Positions 1-10,249 are shown, numbered from the stretch's first letter. The stretch is 64,000 bases of DNA from Candidatus Latescibacterota bacterium (GCA_965205975.1 OZ242195.1:1088001-1152000), one strand, 5' to 3'. Notes: generated from the letters alone by a model not told the origin. Made by a program: numbers and translations.

Positions 1-1184
1 AAATCGTATAACTCTTCCGGCACGCGATACCGAAACATCCGCACCCGTTCCGCAATATCTGGATTGCCCGGTGCAGCCTCCTCCATTGCGTTCATTGTCA
101 AGCCTTCATTGTTATTGCGGTACCGATAATCATCTCGCACCCACATATTAAAGATGTATCCAAATTGATGATTCTGCACACACCGCATCGGCGTTGCTGC
201 TCCACCAGCCTTAGAATCGATCTGCGTAAATACATGCTCTCGCCCCTCCTGCTTTTCGCCTCTCAGTAGCGGCACAAAAGATTGCCCATCCACACCATCC
301 AAAGCAGGCAACCCAATCGCATCTAACGCGGTCGGCAAGAAGTCAATGCCCGACATCAGTTCACGACATGTTGCACCTTCTTTTGCAACACCGGGCCATC
401 GCACCAGCCAGGGTGTGCGTGTACTCGCCAGATATGCATTACACTTGGCAAACGGCACAGCCATCCCGTTATCCGACAAAAAAGCGACCAGTGTATTGTC
501 TTTCAATCCCGCCTCTTCCAAAGCATTCATCACCGCCCCAAATGTATCATCCAGGCGTCTCACAGAATTGTAATACCACGAAAGTTCTTTGCGAATCAAT
601 GGAAGATCAGGTAAAAACCCGGGCACTTCAATTTCATCGGGACTATACAACCGCGATGGTACCTCAGCACCACCGCGTGGTCCTTCATCTGGATTGTAAA
701 ACGGTCGATGCGGATCATGAGAGTTCACCATAAAATAAAAGGATTTGTCGGCGCTTTTACAGTTCTCGAAAAATTTCTTACAATACGCCCCATACTTCTG
801 AGGGCTACGGCCAAAACCCAGGTCTTCTTGATCTCGACTAAAATCCCATGTAATCGACTCTTTTGGCGTAGAATGATTCACTTTTCCGAGAAGGCCAGTC
901 ATATACCCCGCATCGCTCAATGTTTCGATGATCGTCGGTGTGTCCTCAAATGTATGAAAAAATCCCATTCCGCCATTGTTATAACTATAGCGCCCGGTGT
1001 TCAACACATTGCGACTTGGCATACAAATGGCAACATTCACATGCCCATGACTGAACCGCATGCCCTCTGCTGCAAACGCATCCAGGTTGGGGGAAATATC
1101 TGGCACGTTTGATCCAAAACAACCGAGTGAATCGCAACCCAAATCATCTGCTGTAAACAGCAGGATATTTAATTTGTCTGCCAT
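1..1184 (-). CDS. Sulfatase (S1, Cys-type); 3' end runs off the window
   Basis: Read by hand on the minus strand from ATG 1184: MADKLNILLFTADDLG...SPNLDAFAAEGMRF...ICMPSR (CxPxR motif). Absent from the ORF track because there is no stop inside the window. Confidence 0.9.
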   Translation of the reverse strand, partial: MADKLNILLFTADDLGCDSLGCFGSNVPDISPNLDAFAAEGMRFSHGHVNVAICMPSRNVLNTGRYSYNNGGMGFFHTFEDTPTIIETLSDAGYMTGLLGKVNHSTPKESITWDFSRDQEDLGFGRSPQKYGAYCKKFFENCKSADKSFYFMVNSHDPHRPFYNPDEGPRGGAEVPSRLYSPDEIEVPGFLPDLPLIRKELSWYYNSVRRLDDTFGAVMNALEEAGLKDNTLVAFLSDNGMAVPFAKCNAYLASTRTPWLVRWPGVAKEGATCRELMSGIDFLPTALDAIGLPALDGVDGQSFVPLLRGEKQEGREHVFTQIDSKAGGAATPMRCVQNHQFGYIFNMWVRDDYRYRNNNEGLTMNAMEEAAPGNPDIAERVRMFRYRVPEELYD

Positions 1185-1203
1185 ACGACCCTCACTTTGA
1201 TGC

Positions 1204-1947
1204 CTATATGCTCCGTCCGCCATCTACAATGAGGTTTTCCCCCGTGACAAAGGGGCTGAGGATGAGTCCGAGGATGGCGTCGGCACAGTCTTCACCGGTT
1301 GCGACGCGGCCCATTGGTGTGGCTTCCAGGTGGAGTTTGCGGAAGGCGTCCCAGCCGATTCCCCAGCGCGTATCGACAAAGCCCGGGGAGATGGCGTTGA
1401 CCTGGATATCGGGTGCTTGACTGGTAGCCAGGGAATTCGTCAGACAGATCAGCGCGGCTTTGGATGCGGAATAGGCAATTGAACTGCCCTTTCCAGAGAT
1501 ACCGGAGATGGAAGCGACGTTGACGATGCTTCCACCGCCATTTTCTTTCATTTTTGGGATTGCTGCCCTGGCTGCGAAGAAGGCGCCCTTTACATTGACG
1601 GCTATCGCGCGATCCCAATCGTCCTCTGTCAGGTTTTCCAGGTCGTCCAGCGGCACGAACCGCGTCATGCCCGCGCTGTTGACGAGAATGTCGAGGCGGC
1701 CGAGTTCATCGACTACGCGATCTACCATCTGCCGAACGGTTGAATCGTCCGATACGTCTGCTTTGACGGCGATGGCTTTGCGCCCCAGTGCTTCGATATC
1801 TGCACAGGTTTTGTTGGCGTCATCTTCAGATCGGCTGTAGTTGACGGCGACGTCTGCGCCTTCTGTGGCGAATAGCAGCGACGTCGCGCGACCGATGCCC
1901 GTTCCTCCTCCAGTGACAAGTGCTACTTTGCCATCGAGTTTTCCCAT
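1204..1947 (-). CDS. SDR family oxidoreductase (FabG-like)
   Basis: TGGGTGIG, NSAG and YSASK motifs. Start taken at ATG 1947, after AAGGGAG. Confidence 0.93.
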   Translation of the reverse strand: MGKLDGKVALVTGGGTGIGRATSLLFATEGADVAVNYSRSEDDANKTCADIEALGRKAIAVKADVSDDSTVRQMVDRVVDELGRLDILVNSAGMTRFVPLDDLENLTEDDWDRAIAVNVKGAFFAARAAIPKMKENGGGSIVNVASISGISGKGSSIAYSASKAALICLTNSLATSQAPDIQVNAISPGFVDTRWGIGWDAFRKLHLEATPMGRVATGEDCADAILGLILSPFVTGENLIVDGGRSI

Positions 1948-2188
1948 GGTGACTCCCTTCAATATTGTGTGTACAAAACCGCTTAAATTAGGCGAAGATA
2001 TGCCCAAATGTCAATTGGGTTTTTACTGATACTTAGATTTGATAGTATATGCGAAAAGGTGAGTATATTAAAGTGGAAATTGACACCGCGTGACTCTGAT
2101 ACGGTGTCTTTTTTTATTTTCTTTTTTGAATTTAATACCATATTGAGCTTACAAGACGATTTCAGGACAGATCACAGAGGATTAGGCT

Positions 2189-2968
2189 ATGACCCCCGAA
2201 GAAAAATTCATGTTTGACCTCGAAGGTTATCTCGTCGTCAGAAACGCGCTCTCCAAAGAGGAAGTTGATCAATGCAATGAAGTTGCAGATCGCATCACGC
2301 GCGACCAGTTTGAAATCTATCGAGACGACGGGCTAAAACTCGCTCGAAATATCACGCTGTGGGATCCCTGCGTTCAGAGTCTCATAGACCATCCCAAAAT
2401 TGTCCCTTATTTGATCGAACTTTTGGGACCGAGTATCCACTTTGATCAGGATTATTGCATTTTTTTGGACAAAGGCGGTTCCAAAGGTCCGCTGCACGCC
2501 GGTACGATGAAATCGAAAACGGAATTACTCCCATTTTTTTATACGTATCGCGATGGCATCATGCGCAATGGTTTGACAACACTGGTCTATGCGCTTACGC
2601 CTGTGCGAAAGGGCGATGGCGGTTTTTGCTGTATTCCTGGCTCGCACAAGTCCAACTTCCAACTCGACATCCCCGAGGATGTTATGTATTTCAAACAGCC
2701 CGCCCATTACGTCGTACAACCCGAACTGGAGCCGGGTGACCTGATCATTTTTACGGAGGCGACAGTACACGGCACTATGCCCTGGACAGCAAATCACGAA
2801 CGCAGATCATTTCTCTTTAAATACAATCCCGGGAATACGATTTCATGGGCGAATTATTACAATATAGATGACTACGATCACTTGACTGAGAACCAAAAAC
2901 GCATGATGACGCCGCCGGGGGGCCATGGGCCAATGAAGCCTCCAAGGCTTGAAGTCATTGCGCCATGA
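2189..2968 (+). CDS. Phytanoyl-CoA dioxygenase (PhyH) family protein, HxG variant
   Basis: FDLEGYLVV, IPGSHK and GDLIIF...VHG motifs. The first His lies in LHAG. Confidence 0.88.
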   Translation: MTPEEKFMFDLEGYLVVRNALSKEEVDQCNEVADRITRDQFEIYRDDGLKLARNITLWDPCVQSLIDHPKIVPYLIELLGPSIHFDQDYCIFLDKGGSKGPLHAGTMKSKTELLPFFYTYRDGIMRNGLTTLVYALTPVRKGDGGFCCIPGSHKSNFQLDIPEDVMYFKQPAHYVVQPELEPGDLIIFTEATVHGTMPWTANHERRSFLFKYNPGNTISWANYYNIDDYDHLTENQKRMMTPPGGHGPMKPPRLEVIAP

Positions 2969-2986
2969 TACACAAAGGAGGTGGCG

Positions 2987-3979
2987 ATGAAAGCAGCTAT
3001 TTATTGCGGTCCGCATGATATCCAGGTGGCAGATGTGCCAAAGCCGGAAATCAAGGCAAATGAGATTCTGGTGAGGGTGAAGGCGTGTGGGATCTGTGGG
3101 TCGGATTTGCACGCTTATCGCATCGGGCTGTTTGAAGATTCTTTGGGACGTCCGATAGAAAAGGGCCTCATCATGGGGCACGAGTTTAGCGGTGAAGTTG
3201 TAGAGACGGGGCGAGATGTGCAGCGGTTTCAAGTGGGCGACCACATTTCTGGTGGGGGATTGGGCGGGTTTGCCGAATATCTTCCCCTGGAAGTCAATCC
3301 CAATCGTCCCTACAGGTTGCCCAAAACCATCAGCTTTGAAGAAGGCGCGATGATGGAGCCTCTCGCTACGTCGATACACGCAGTAGGGCTGGCAAAACCC
3401 ATTGAGGGAGAAACAGTTGTTATTCTGGGCGTTGGGATTATTGGCCTGGGATGCATCCAGGTCATTCGGGCAACTGCGGGCGGGCGCATTATTGCGGTTG
3501 ATACGTCGCCAAAACGGTTGGATATGGCGCGCCAATTGGGTGCAGATGAGATCGTGAACTTGACGGAGGTAGATCCCGTTGAAGCTGTTATTGAACTCAC
3601 GGGTGGTGAGAGACCTGTGGAGAGATTCGGTGCGCGGGGAGGAAATGCCGATGTGGTGATCGATTCTGCTGGCGCGAAAGCCTCGCCGAATCAGGGGTTG
3701 ACGATGCTAAAACAACAAAATGGCCGCCTCGTTCCCGTCGCATTATTTGAAGATCAACCCGAACTCGATTTCAATCAGGTGGTGCGCAAGCAAGTGACGC
3801 TTCAGGGCTCATGGTCCTGGACCCCCGATGACTACAGGTGGGGAATTGAACTCGTCAGGACCGGGAAAATTGATCGGAAACCACTCGTTTCCCACGCCTT
3901 TCCTCTCGATCAAGCCCCCGAAGCGTTTGCGACACAGGCCAAGCCAGGTGCTGCGATTAAAACCTTGATAAAACCTTGA
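2987..3979 (+). CDS. Zn-dependent (MDR) dehydrogenase
   Basis: CGICGSD, GHEFSG and GVGIIG motifs; SD AAGGAGG. Confidence 0.92.
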   Translation: MKAAIYCGPHDIQVADVPKPEIKANEILVRVKACGICGSDLHAYRIGLFEDSLGRPIEKGLIMGHEFSGEVVETGRDVQRFQVGDHISGGGLGGFAEYLPLEVNPNRPYRLPKTISFEEGAMMEPLATSIHAVGLAKPIEGETVVILGVGIIGLGCIQVIRATAGGRIIAVDTSPKRLDMARQLGADEIVNLTEVDPVEAVIELTGGERPVERFGARGGNADVVIDSAGAKASPNQGLTMLKQQNGRLVPVALFEDQPELDFNQVVRKQVTLQGSWSWTPDDYRWGIELVRTGKIDRKPLVSHAFPLDQAPEAFATQAKPGAAIKTLIKP

Positions 3980-4001
3980 GTAATTATGAAGAGGAGATAG
4001 C

Positions 4002-5159
4002 ATGAAAATTACCGATGTTCAAGCCTGTGTGATTGGCAAACCCGAACCCCACAGTGGTGGGTGCGTGTGGACATTTGTCCGGATATATACCGACGAGGGC
4101 ATTGTGGGTACGGGCGAATGCAATTCAGCCTCGTATTACACGGGTTTTGGTTTGAAAGAATCGATTTTAAAAATGAAGGGGATGTTGATTGGTGAAGACC
4201 CGATGAATGTGGGGCCGTTATACGAGAAAATGCGTCGTCGTGGACGGTATGCGGGTACTACCCATGCACCGCTGATTTTTGCACTGACCGGTATCGAAAA
4301 TGCGTTGTACGATATTGTGGGTAAGGCGTTGGGGGTGCCAATTTATCAGTTGTTGGGGGGCAAGTTCCGCGATAAGATCCGGCTCTACGCCGATTGTCAC
4401 GCTGGGGATTCGGCCACGCCAGAGGCGTATGCAGAGAAGGCGCTGAGTGTTGTTGAGGAGGGCTACAGCGCGGTAAAATTTGATGTGGATCATTCTGGTG
4501 TAGGCAAGCTGGATCCGATGAATTGGACGGTGGGGGCACGGGAAATGACGCATGTGATTAATTTGATCTGTGCGATTCGCGAGGGCATTGGTTTCGGTAT
4601 CGATTTGGCGATTGATTGCCACGGCCAGTTTGATTTGCCTTCGGCGATTACGTTGGCAAAAGCTGTGGAAGATGTGCGGTTAATGTGGTTAGAAGAGCCA
4701 GTACCTGCTGAGAATATTGATGCGTTGGCTCAGGTGCGTGAATCTACGAGCACAGTCATTTGCACAGGTGAAAATCATTATACCCGTTTTGAGTTTTTGG
4801 AGATGTTCAGACAAAAAGCAGTGGATATCATTATGCCCGATTTGGCCAAATCGGGTGGCATTATGGAGGCCAAGCGCATTGCCGAAATTGCCGATGCGCA
4901 TTATATCCCCATTGCGCCACATAATGTGTCGTCACCCCTGGGCATGATGGCTGCGTGTCACGTAATGGCGACAGTTCCCAACTTTTTTGTGCTCGAATTT
5001 CACGGGCGCGACATTCCGTGGTGGGCCGATCTGTGTGGAGGCGAAAAATTTATCAAAGGGGGCTGGATGGCTGTCTCTGACAAACCCGGTATTGGTGTCG
5101 AGTTAGATCCTGCTGTTGCCAAAACACTGCTGGCTGACGGGGATACCTATTTTGATTGA
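4002..5159 (+). CDS. Mandelate racemase/muconate lactonizing enzyme family (dehydratase-like)
   Basis: KFD, DCH, WLEEP, TGEN and APHN motifs. Confidence 0.92.
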   Translation: MKITDVQACVIGKPEPHSGGCVWTFVRIYTDEGIVGTGECNSASYYTGFGLKESILKMKGMLIGEDPMNVGPLYEKMRRRGRYAGTTHAPLIFALTGIENALYDIVGKALGVPIYQLLGGKFRDKIRLYADCHAGDSATPEAYAEKALSVVEEGYSAVKFDVDHSGVGKLDPMNWTVGAREMTHVINLICAIREGIGFGIDLAIDCHGQFDLPSAITLAKAVEDVRLMWLEEPVPAENIDALAQVRESTSTVICTGENHYTRFEFLEMFRQKAVDIIMPDLAKSGGIMEAKRIAEIADAHYIPIAPHNVSSPLGMMAACHVMATVPNFFVLEFHGRDIPWWADLCGGEKFIKGGWMAVSDKPGIGVELDPAVAKTLLADGDTYFD

Positions 5160-5183
5160 GGTTACAGCATGCTTTAGCAGTTG

Positions 5184-5891
5184 TTAGATGGGTTCAATAT
5201 CGCGCAAGATCCAGGACAGTAGCGTAAATGTGACAAAGACGGGCCGCTGTTGTGAATCGAATACATAGTGGATGGGTAATGTGCCCTGTCCTGTGTGGCG
5301 AAAAGATAGGAAGGATTGGCCGTTGGCTTCGATTTGTTCAGGCCCGTGCAATAGCTGATCTGTTTTGCAGTATGTCAGTTCGTCGATGGTTGTAAACGCT
5401 TCGTTCAGAAGGGTAACGCGATTGGCGAGCGCAAAGGGGAGGAGCCATTGGCACGATATGGGTGCATCCGCCGAGCGGTGCTTTTTGCCGGCTGTGCCGT
5501 TTATTTCTATGGTCGCGTCCCGAATTGTGCCATTGATAAGCAGGCGCTTATCCGGTGTTTCTGCCTGATACCAGTCGAGTTTCCAGTTTTGGATTGATTC
5601 TCCAATGCGCTCATCCCGCGCTGTTGTGACTGTTGCTTCATAAATTTCTTGTCCACCGCCATTGCGTTTTTCAACGATCTGGTATTCTGCGCCGTTCTCT
5701 TTATTGTAACGCGAGATTTCCACTGTCCCTATTGGTCTGTCATCGGTCAAACCGTCAGAATGTGTGTTTGTCCACTGCAGGATTTCGTAGGTCAATTTGC
5801 AATCGGAATCCAAACGAACGGTTTGATTTGGGGCATCGTAATTTTGCAATTGCCCGGCGATTGCGTTGAGTTCGGCTGGTATGGTGTTCAT
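5184..5891 (-). CDS. Hypothetical protein coupled to a sulfatase; distant paralog of 46001-46795
   Basis: ATGA overlap with the sulfatase stop at 5888-5891; shares motifs with the 46001 ORF. Confidence 0.8.
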   Translation of the reverse strand: MNTIPAELNAIAGQLQNYDAPNQTVRLDSDCKLTYEILQWTNTHSDGLTDDRPIGTVEISRYNKENGAEYQIVEKRNGGGQEIYEATVTTARDERIGESIQNWKLDWYQAETPDKRLLINGTIRDATIEINGTAGKKHRSADAPISCQWLLPFALANRVTLLNEAFTTIDELTYCKTDQLLHGPEQIEANGQSFLSFRHTGQGTLPIHYVFDSQQRPVFVTFTLLSWILRDIEPI

Positions 5892-7198
5892 GATCCCACC
5901 TCCTCTGTCCATCCTTTTCCCTGTTTGAGATTTTCCATTCTCTCTTCTCTTATTCGATCTCTTTCGCCCGTTTTATCAGGTCCGCTGTATGGTGTAACTG
6001 TATTTGCGTATTCGGCGAGGTGTGCCGCGTGCTTGTGCTTGATGTCATCAAACCCGGGTTCTGTAGTGAGATTGTGTTTTTCCAGGGGATCGTTTGACAA
6101 ATCGTACAGGGTACATTGCCCTGAGTCGTAGAGGATGGATTTGTACTGGTTGTCGCGAATGGCGATTGCACTCGCGTTTTCTCCTATGACGCTTTCTCGC
6201 CAGGTAATATCGTCTTTTCCTTCGAGGAGTGGGCGCAGGCTATTTGCATACGTAGCGTCTGGTAGGGGAGGTGCGCTGGCGTAATCGCAGATTGTAGCGG
6301 GGATATCCACGCCTGATATGAAGTGCGAATCGCTTTGTCCGCTGGGGATACTGCCGCGTTGCGAAATGACGAGCGGGACTGCCCAGGCTTCTTCTTCAAA
6401 AAAGCCTTTCAATACTCTTCGATGATGCCCAGAGCCTTCGCCGTGGTCGGCTGTAAAGATGATGAGGGTGTTTTCAATGAGGCCATTGTTTTCCAATGTG
6501 TCGTAGATCAATCCGATCTGAGCATCAACGGTTTCTACCATTCGGTAACACTGGTAGATGTAATATCGCCAATCTGTTTCCGACCAGTGGCCGACCCGGT
6601 GTTTCTGGTTTGGCGGCATGAGACTGATTTCGAAGTTGCCGGGCAAGTCGGGCAGGTCGGGCAACTGAGGCTCCATGCCGTATTTTCCCACGGGTCCGTT
6701 GACGCCGCAGACATAACAGCAGTCGTGTGGGTTTAAGAGGCCAACAGATAGGAAGAAGGGGCGGTTATCATTTGCGTGTTCGGCGATATATTGCGCCGCT
6801 GCTCTGGCAGAGCCAGAGTCTTGCAGTTCTCCATAGGGATGTCTGCCGTAGATCACGTCAAAGCTGTTGGCAACATCTCGTCCCGTGACATGCCATTTGC
6901 CGGAATACACGGAGTTGTAATCGGTATGCTTCGTCAACCACTGGCCGAGGTCGGGCAGGTCGGGATCGATGGGGAACGGATTGCTGATAACGCCGTGTTC
7001 GACGGACATGCGCCCGGTGTACCAACTCGCGCGCGCAGGACAGCAGACGGGGTTGGCACTATAGGACCGCGTGAAGGATATGCCTTCTGCGATCAAGCGA
7101 TCCATGTTGGGTGTTGACACGTCTTGATTCCCATAAGCGGATATCGCGAGGTGATGCTGTTGATCCGTGTGGATGAATACAATATTGGGTTGGTTCAT
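5888..7198 (-). CDS. Sulfatase (S1)
   Basis: PNIVFIHTDQ, CCPARAS, GKWH and ADHG motifs. Confidence 0.94.
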   Translation of the reverse strand: MNQPNIVFIHTDQQHHLAISAYGNQDVSTPNMDRLIAEGISFTRSYSANPVCCPARASWYTGRMSVEHGVISNPFPIDPDLPDLGQWLTKHTDYNSVYSGKWHVTGRDVANSFDVIYGRHPYGELQDSGSARAAAQYIAEHANDNRPFFLSVGLLNPHDCCYVCGVNGPVGKYGMEPQLPDLPDLPGNFEISLMPPNQKHRVGHWSETDWRYYIYQCYRMVETVDAQIGLIYDTLENNGLIENTLIIFTADHGEGSGHHRRVLKGFFEEEAWAVPLVISQRGSIPSGQSDSHFISGVDIPATICDYASAPPLPDATYANSLRPLLEGKDDITWRESVIGENASAIAIRDNQYKSILYDSGQCTLYDLSNDPLEKHNLTTEPGFDDIKHKHAAHLAEYANTVTPYSGPDKTGERDRIREERMENLKQGKGWTEEVGS

Positions 7199-7410
7199 TT
7201 TTTTTCCTATCACTTTTTTGTAGAACTATATTTGTTACGACAGATGTTGAGAATCTGGAGACATGAACGTGATAAGTGGGCTGGTATTCTGGCAAGAATG
7301 GATATGATCCGACGCTGTTTGGTGTGAGTTGTCTTGACGTTCACGGGTGGATAATATGCATTTCAAATGCACATTATCGACTTACATAGTTTCGCTCTCT
7401 CTCTGGGAAC

Positions 7411-7677
7411 TCATCCCTCCATCGCCTGCTGAATTTCATCCAGAGTTGGCTCATTCCCAGGTTGTGTTTTTCCCAGGAAAGTTCCAAATTTAGCGATCAC
7501 AAGGTCGGGATTTTTGCCACTCAGACGGCTTTTCATCCACTCGAGTGTTTCATCTTGTTGGACAGCCGCTTGAAGCCAGTAGTTTACTAAACTATTAAAA
7601 GACATATTTTTCTTTTTTGCCAGCCGCATCGCTTTGTCCTTTAGTTCATCTGGCAATCGTACAGAAATCGCGCTCAT
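7411..7677 (-). CDS. Ribbon-helix-helix antitoxin of a type II TA pair
   Basis: SAISVRLPDELK..A..LA....MSFNSLV RHH pattern, directly downstream of the PIN toxin. Confidence 0.8.
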   Translation of the reverse strand: MSAISVRLPDELKDKAMRLAKKKNMSFNSLVNYWLQAAVQQDETLEWMKSRLSGKNPDLVIAKFGTFLGKTQPGNEPTLDEIQQAMEG

Positions 7678-7693
7678 GGTTTGTCTCCATCGG

Positions 7694-8128
7694 CTATAGA
7701 TACAGGTCGCAAAATTGTTGAGGGGTCAAAACTACGAGGTCTGGAAATCTCAACTCACCCATTCTAAAGTCTGTAATATTTTTTGTCACCACCAAAGCGT
7801 TGGTTGCAATAGCCGCTTCTAATACAAAATTGTCTTCTTCATCGGGCAGATTTGGACGCCACAAATAAAATACTTCAGATCGAGAGGCAAGTGCCAGCAA
7901 TGCGTCCAGGACAAACGCGATTTCTTCTTTACTGGCACCTATTAATTTGCGGATGCTTCTTCTTGTCAAGACCGATTCATATTCGAGATATAGCTTTTGT
8001 GTTAAAACTAGGGGAATAGTTGTCTTTTGAATGTTTTGAAGAATTTTGAAACTGGGAGAGTCTATACGGCGACATAGTCCAGCTACAAGCACATTTGTAT
8101 CCAGAACGATTAACGGCGGCGTAGCCAA
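7694..8128 (-). CDS. PIN-domain putative toxin
   Basis: IVLDTNVLV, LYLEYE, WRPNLPDEEDNFVLE and VTKNITDF motifs. Confidence 0.88.
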   Translation of the reverse strand: MATPPLIVLDTNVLVAGLCRRIDSPSFKILQNIQKTTIPLVLTQKLYLEYESVLTRRSIRKLIGASKEEIAFVLDALLALASRSEVFYLWRPNLPDEEDNFVLEAAIATNALVVTKNITDFRMGELRFPDLVVLTPQQFCDLYL

Positions 8129-8274
8129 GTTGTCATCCCTCAGGCGATGGTGTGATTAAGGTTGTGATACCAAATATAATACCATTTTAGATAAAAATAC
8201 AAATAAATTGATGCTGACAGATCAATTCCAGTTGTGTATTTTGTACTGACTACCCATAACATGAGAAATTCGAG

Positions 8275-8481
8275 ATGAATTATCGAGAACCCCTTGTAAC
8301 TGTTATCACCGCAACAAATCCCGGTTTGCTCGCGGTGATCAAATCCGTGCTCGACGATGCTGAGATCCCCTGTATAACGCGAGGCGAGGGATTTCAAACC
8401 CTGTATGCTGCAGGACATGTTGACGTGCTGGTATTTGAAAGCGATGCCGAGCAGGCGCGGGCACTTTTAAAAGACCTTTGA
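8275..8481 (+). CDS. DUF2007-like small putative signal-transducing protein
   Basis: IKSVLDDAEIPC...V.V...DAEQARALL pattern. Confidence 0.7.
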   Translation: MNYREPLVTVITATNPGLLAVIKSVLDDAEIPCITRGEGFQTLYAAGHVDVLVFESDAEQARALLKDL

Positions 8482-8561
8482 CGTATTTTTCTATAGAAGG
8501 CGATGAGGTTAATTTGGTTCAAGTTGAGGAGAGCAATAGAGGTTGCTATTGTTCAGGTAAT

Positions 8562-9932
8562 TTATGGCAGTGCGTTTGTTAGGAGCGGATTTGTCCTACG
8601 CCAGGGTTTGAGGGCAAATCCGCAGCCCAGGTCTTGCTCAATCTCACGCCATTTTTTCACTTCCCCCGGCGTGATAAACGTTACTGCCTTTCCCGAGCGG
8701 CCCATGCGCCCAGTCCGTCCGACCCGGTGCGTGAAAAGCTTCTCTGAGTCCGGCAAGTCATAGTTGATGACCTGGCCGATGCCCTCAACATCCAGGCCTC
8801 GCGCAGCCACGTTTGTTGCCACCAAAATCGGTGCGGTACCGGAACGGAAGGCCATCATCACACGCTCGCGTGCGCTTTGGCTGAGATCGCCCTGGAGCAC
8901 TCCTACGGGGTAGCCCAACGTGCCGAGCCGTTTCGCCAGTCTCTTGACGCCGTGCCTGGTCCTGCCAAAGACGATTACCGGATCGCCGTTCCGCTGGTCC
9001 AACTGCGTTTGGAGTGCCTTTATCTTATCTTTTTGCCGGATGGTATAGACCAGGTGCTCCACAGTGGGCAGTGCTTTAAGGTCGCTGTCTATCTTCACCG
9101 TTACCGGGTTGCGCAGATATTTCTTCGCTGTGTTCGCCACCCACTCGGGCATGGTTGCAGAGAGGAGAGCGGTCTGCCGCCTGGAGGGCGTCTGGCTAAG
9201 GATCGCTTCAACATCTTGGGCAAAACCTTTGTCCAGCATTTCATCCGCCTCATCAAGGACAAGGAATTGCACTGATCGCAGGTCTAGCGTGCCCTGTCTT
9301 AGATGGTCTAACGTACGGCCCGGGGTCCCAATGATGATCTGGGGCCCGCACTTCAGGGCTTTGTACTCTGGCCTCAATGACCGGCCGCCGTATAGTAATG
9401 TTACGCGCAACCGCTGCGATGAAGCCAGGGCCTCTGTGACTTTAGCCACCTGAATGGCCAACTCCCGCGTAGGCACCAGCACAACTGCCTGGACCCGTCG
9501 CACCGATGGGTTCAAGCTCTCTGCCATGGGTACTGCAAACACCAGCGTCTTTCCAGACCCCGTGCGCGCCTGTCCGATCAGGTCCCGCCCTGCCAGGAGA
9601 TGGGGGATCGATTTCGCCTGAATGGGCGTAGGCTCTGATATGTTCATCCTGGAAATTGCCTCCCTGGTCGCGACTTTCAAAGCCATCTCAGGAAACACGG
9701 CGGCACTGGTGATATTAGCAATGGGTTTAGTCGCAGTAAGTGATCTGCTTACGGGGCTTTTGGCTGGAGAAGAACGGCTGTTGCGACGGTTTTTGAAGCA
9801 AGAGCGACAGTACACCGGCCGGCCCGGTCTTAGCCGGAAAGGGACGGTTGTCAAAGTGTTGCAATCGGCGCACGCGGTGCGCTTTGCACGGCGAGATGGG
9901 CGCGGGTTAGTCGAGCGAGATTTACGAGGCAT
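8562..9932 (-). CDS. DEAD-box RNA helicase with an N-terminal CxxC-x17-CxxC zinc ribbon
   Basis: TPIQ, ARTGSGKT, PTRELA, DEAD, SAT and HRVGRTGR motifs; N-terminal CADC-x17-CRSC. Confidence 0.95.
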   Translation of the reverse strand: MPRKSRSTNPRPSRRAKRTACADCNTLTTVPFRLRPGRPVYCRSCFKNRRNSRSSPAKSPVSRSLTATKPIANITSAAVFPEMALKVATREAISRMNISEPTPIQAKSIPHLLAGRDLIGQARTGSGKTLVFAVPMAESLNPSVRRVQAVVLVPTRELAIQVAKVTEALASSQRLRVTLLYGGRSLRPEYKALKCGPQIIIGTPGRTLDHLRQGTLDLRSVQFLVLDEADEMLDKGFAQDVEAILSQTPSRRQTALLSATMPEWVANTAKKYLRNPVTVKIDSDLKALPTVEHLVYTIRQKDKIKALQTQLDQRNGDPVIVFGRTRHGVKRLAKRLGTLGYPVGVLQGDLSQSARERVMMAFRSGTAPILVATNVAARGLDVEGIGQVINYDLPDSEKLFTHRVGRTGRMGRSGKAVTFITPGEVKKWREIEQDLGCGFALKPWRRTNPLLTNALP

Positions 9933-10220
9933 GCGGGAATAGACTCCTTAGTCTAAAGAGATGACTCAGCGTGGGGTAAAAATACGAGCAGGGAAGACCG
10001 ATGAGCTACTGCTGCGAGAAACCCGGTGCGCTAATCATAAAAAAGTGGGTACAAGCAACAAGCCCCCGATAGGGTCGCACATCGGGAGCTTGCGTTAAAT
10101 GCGGTGCCGTATAAGAGTTAGCAGTTGGAAGTTTAGCGCCAGCGGTAGGGAGCAAATAGACGCCCTTTACAGCTATTTGTTTACTATCTGAGCAACGCTA
10201 AAATATCATAATAGCCTTTA

Positions 10221-10249
10221 AATATGCGGGGAGTGAATGTATCTGTCAA
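10221..10249 (-). promoter_or_regulatory. Candidate sigma70 promoter of the helicase
   Basis: Minus strand reads TTGACA-N17-CATATT. Confidence 0.5.

Noticed and set aside
2082..2116. Hairpin plus T-run upstream of the PhyH operon as an attenuator or riboswitch
   Set aside because: No aptamer or leader peptide is recognisable; evidence is too thin.
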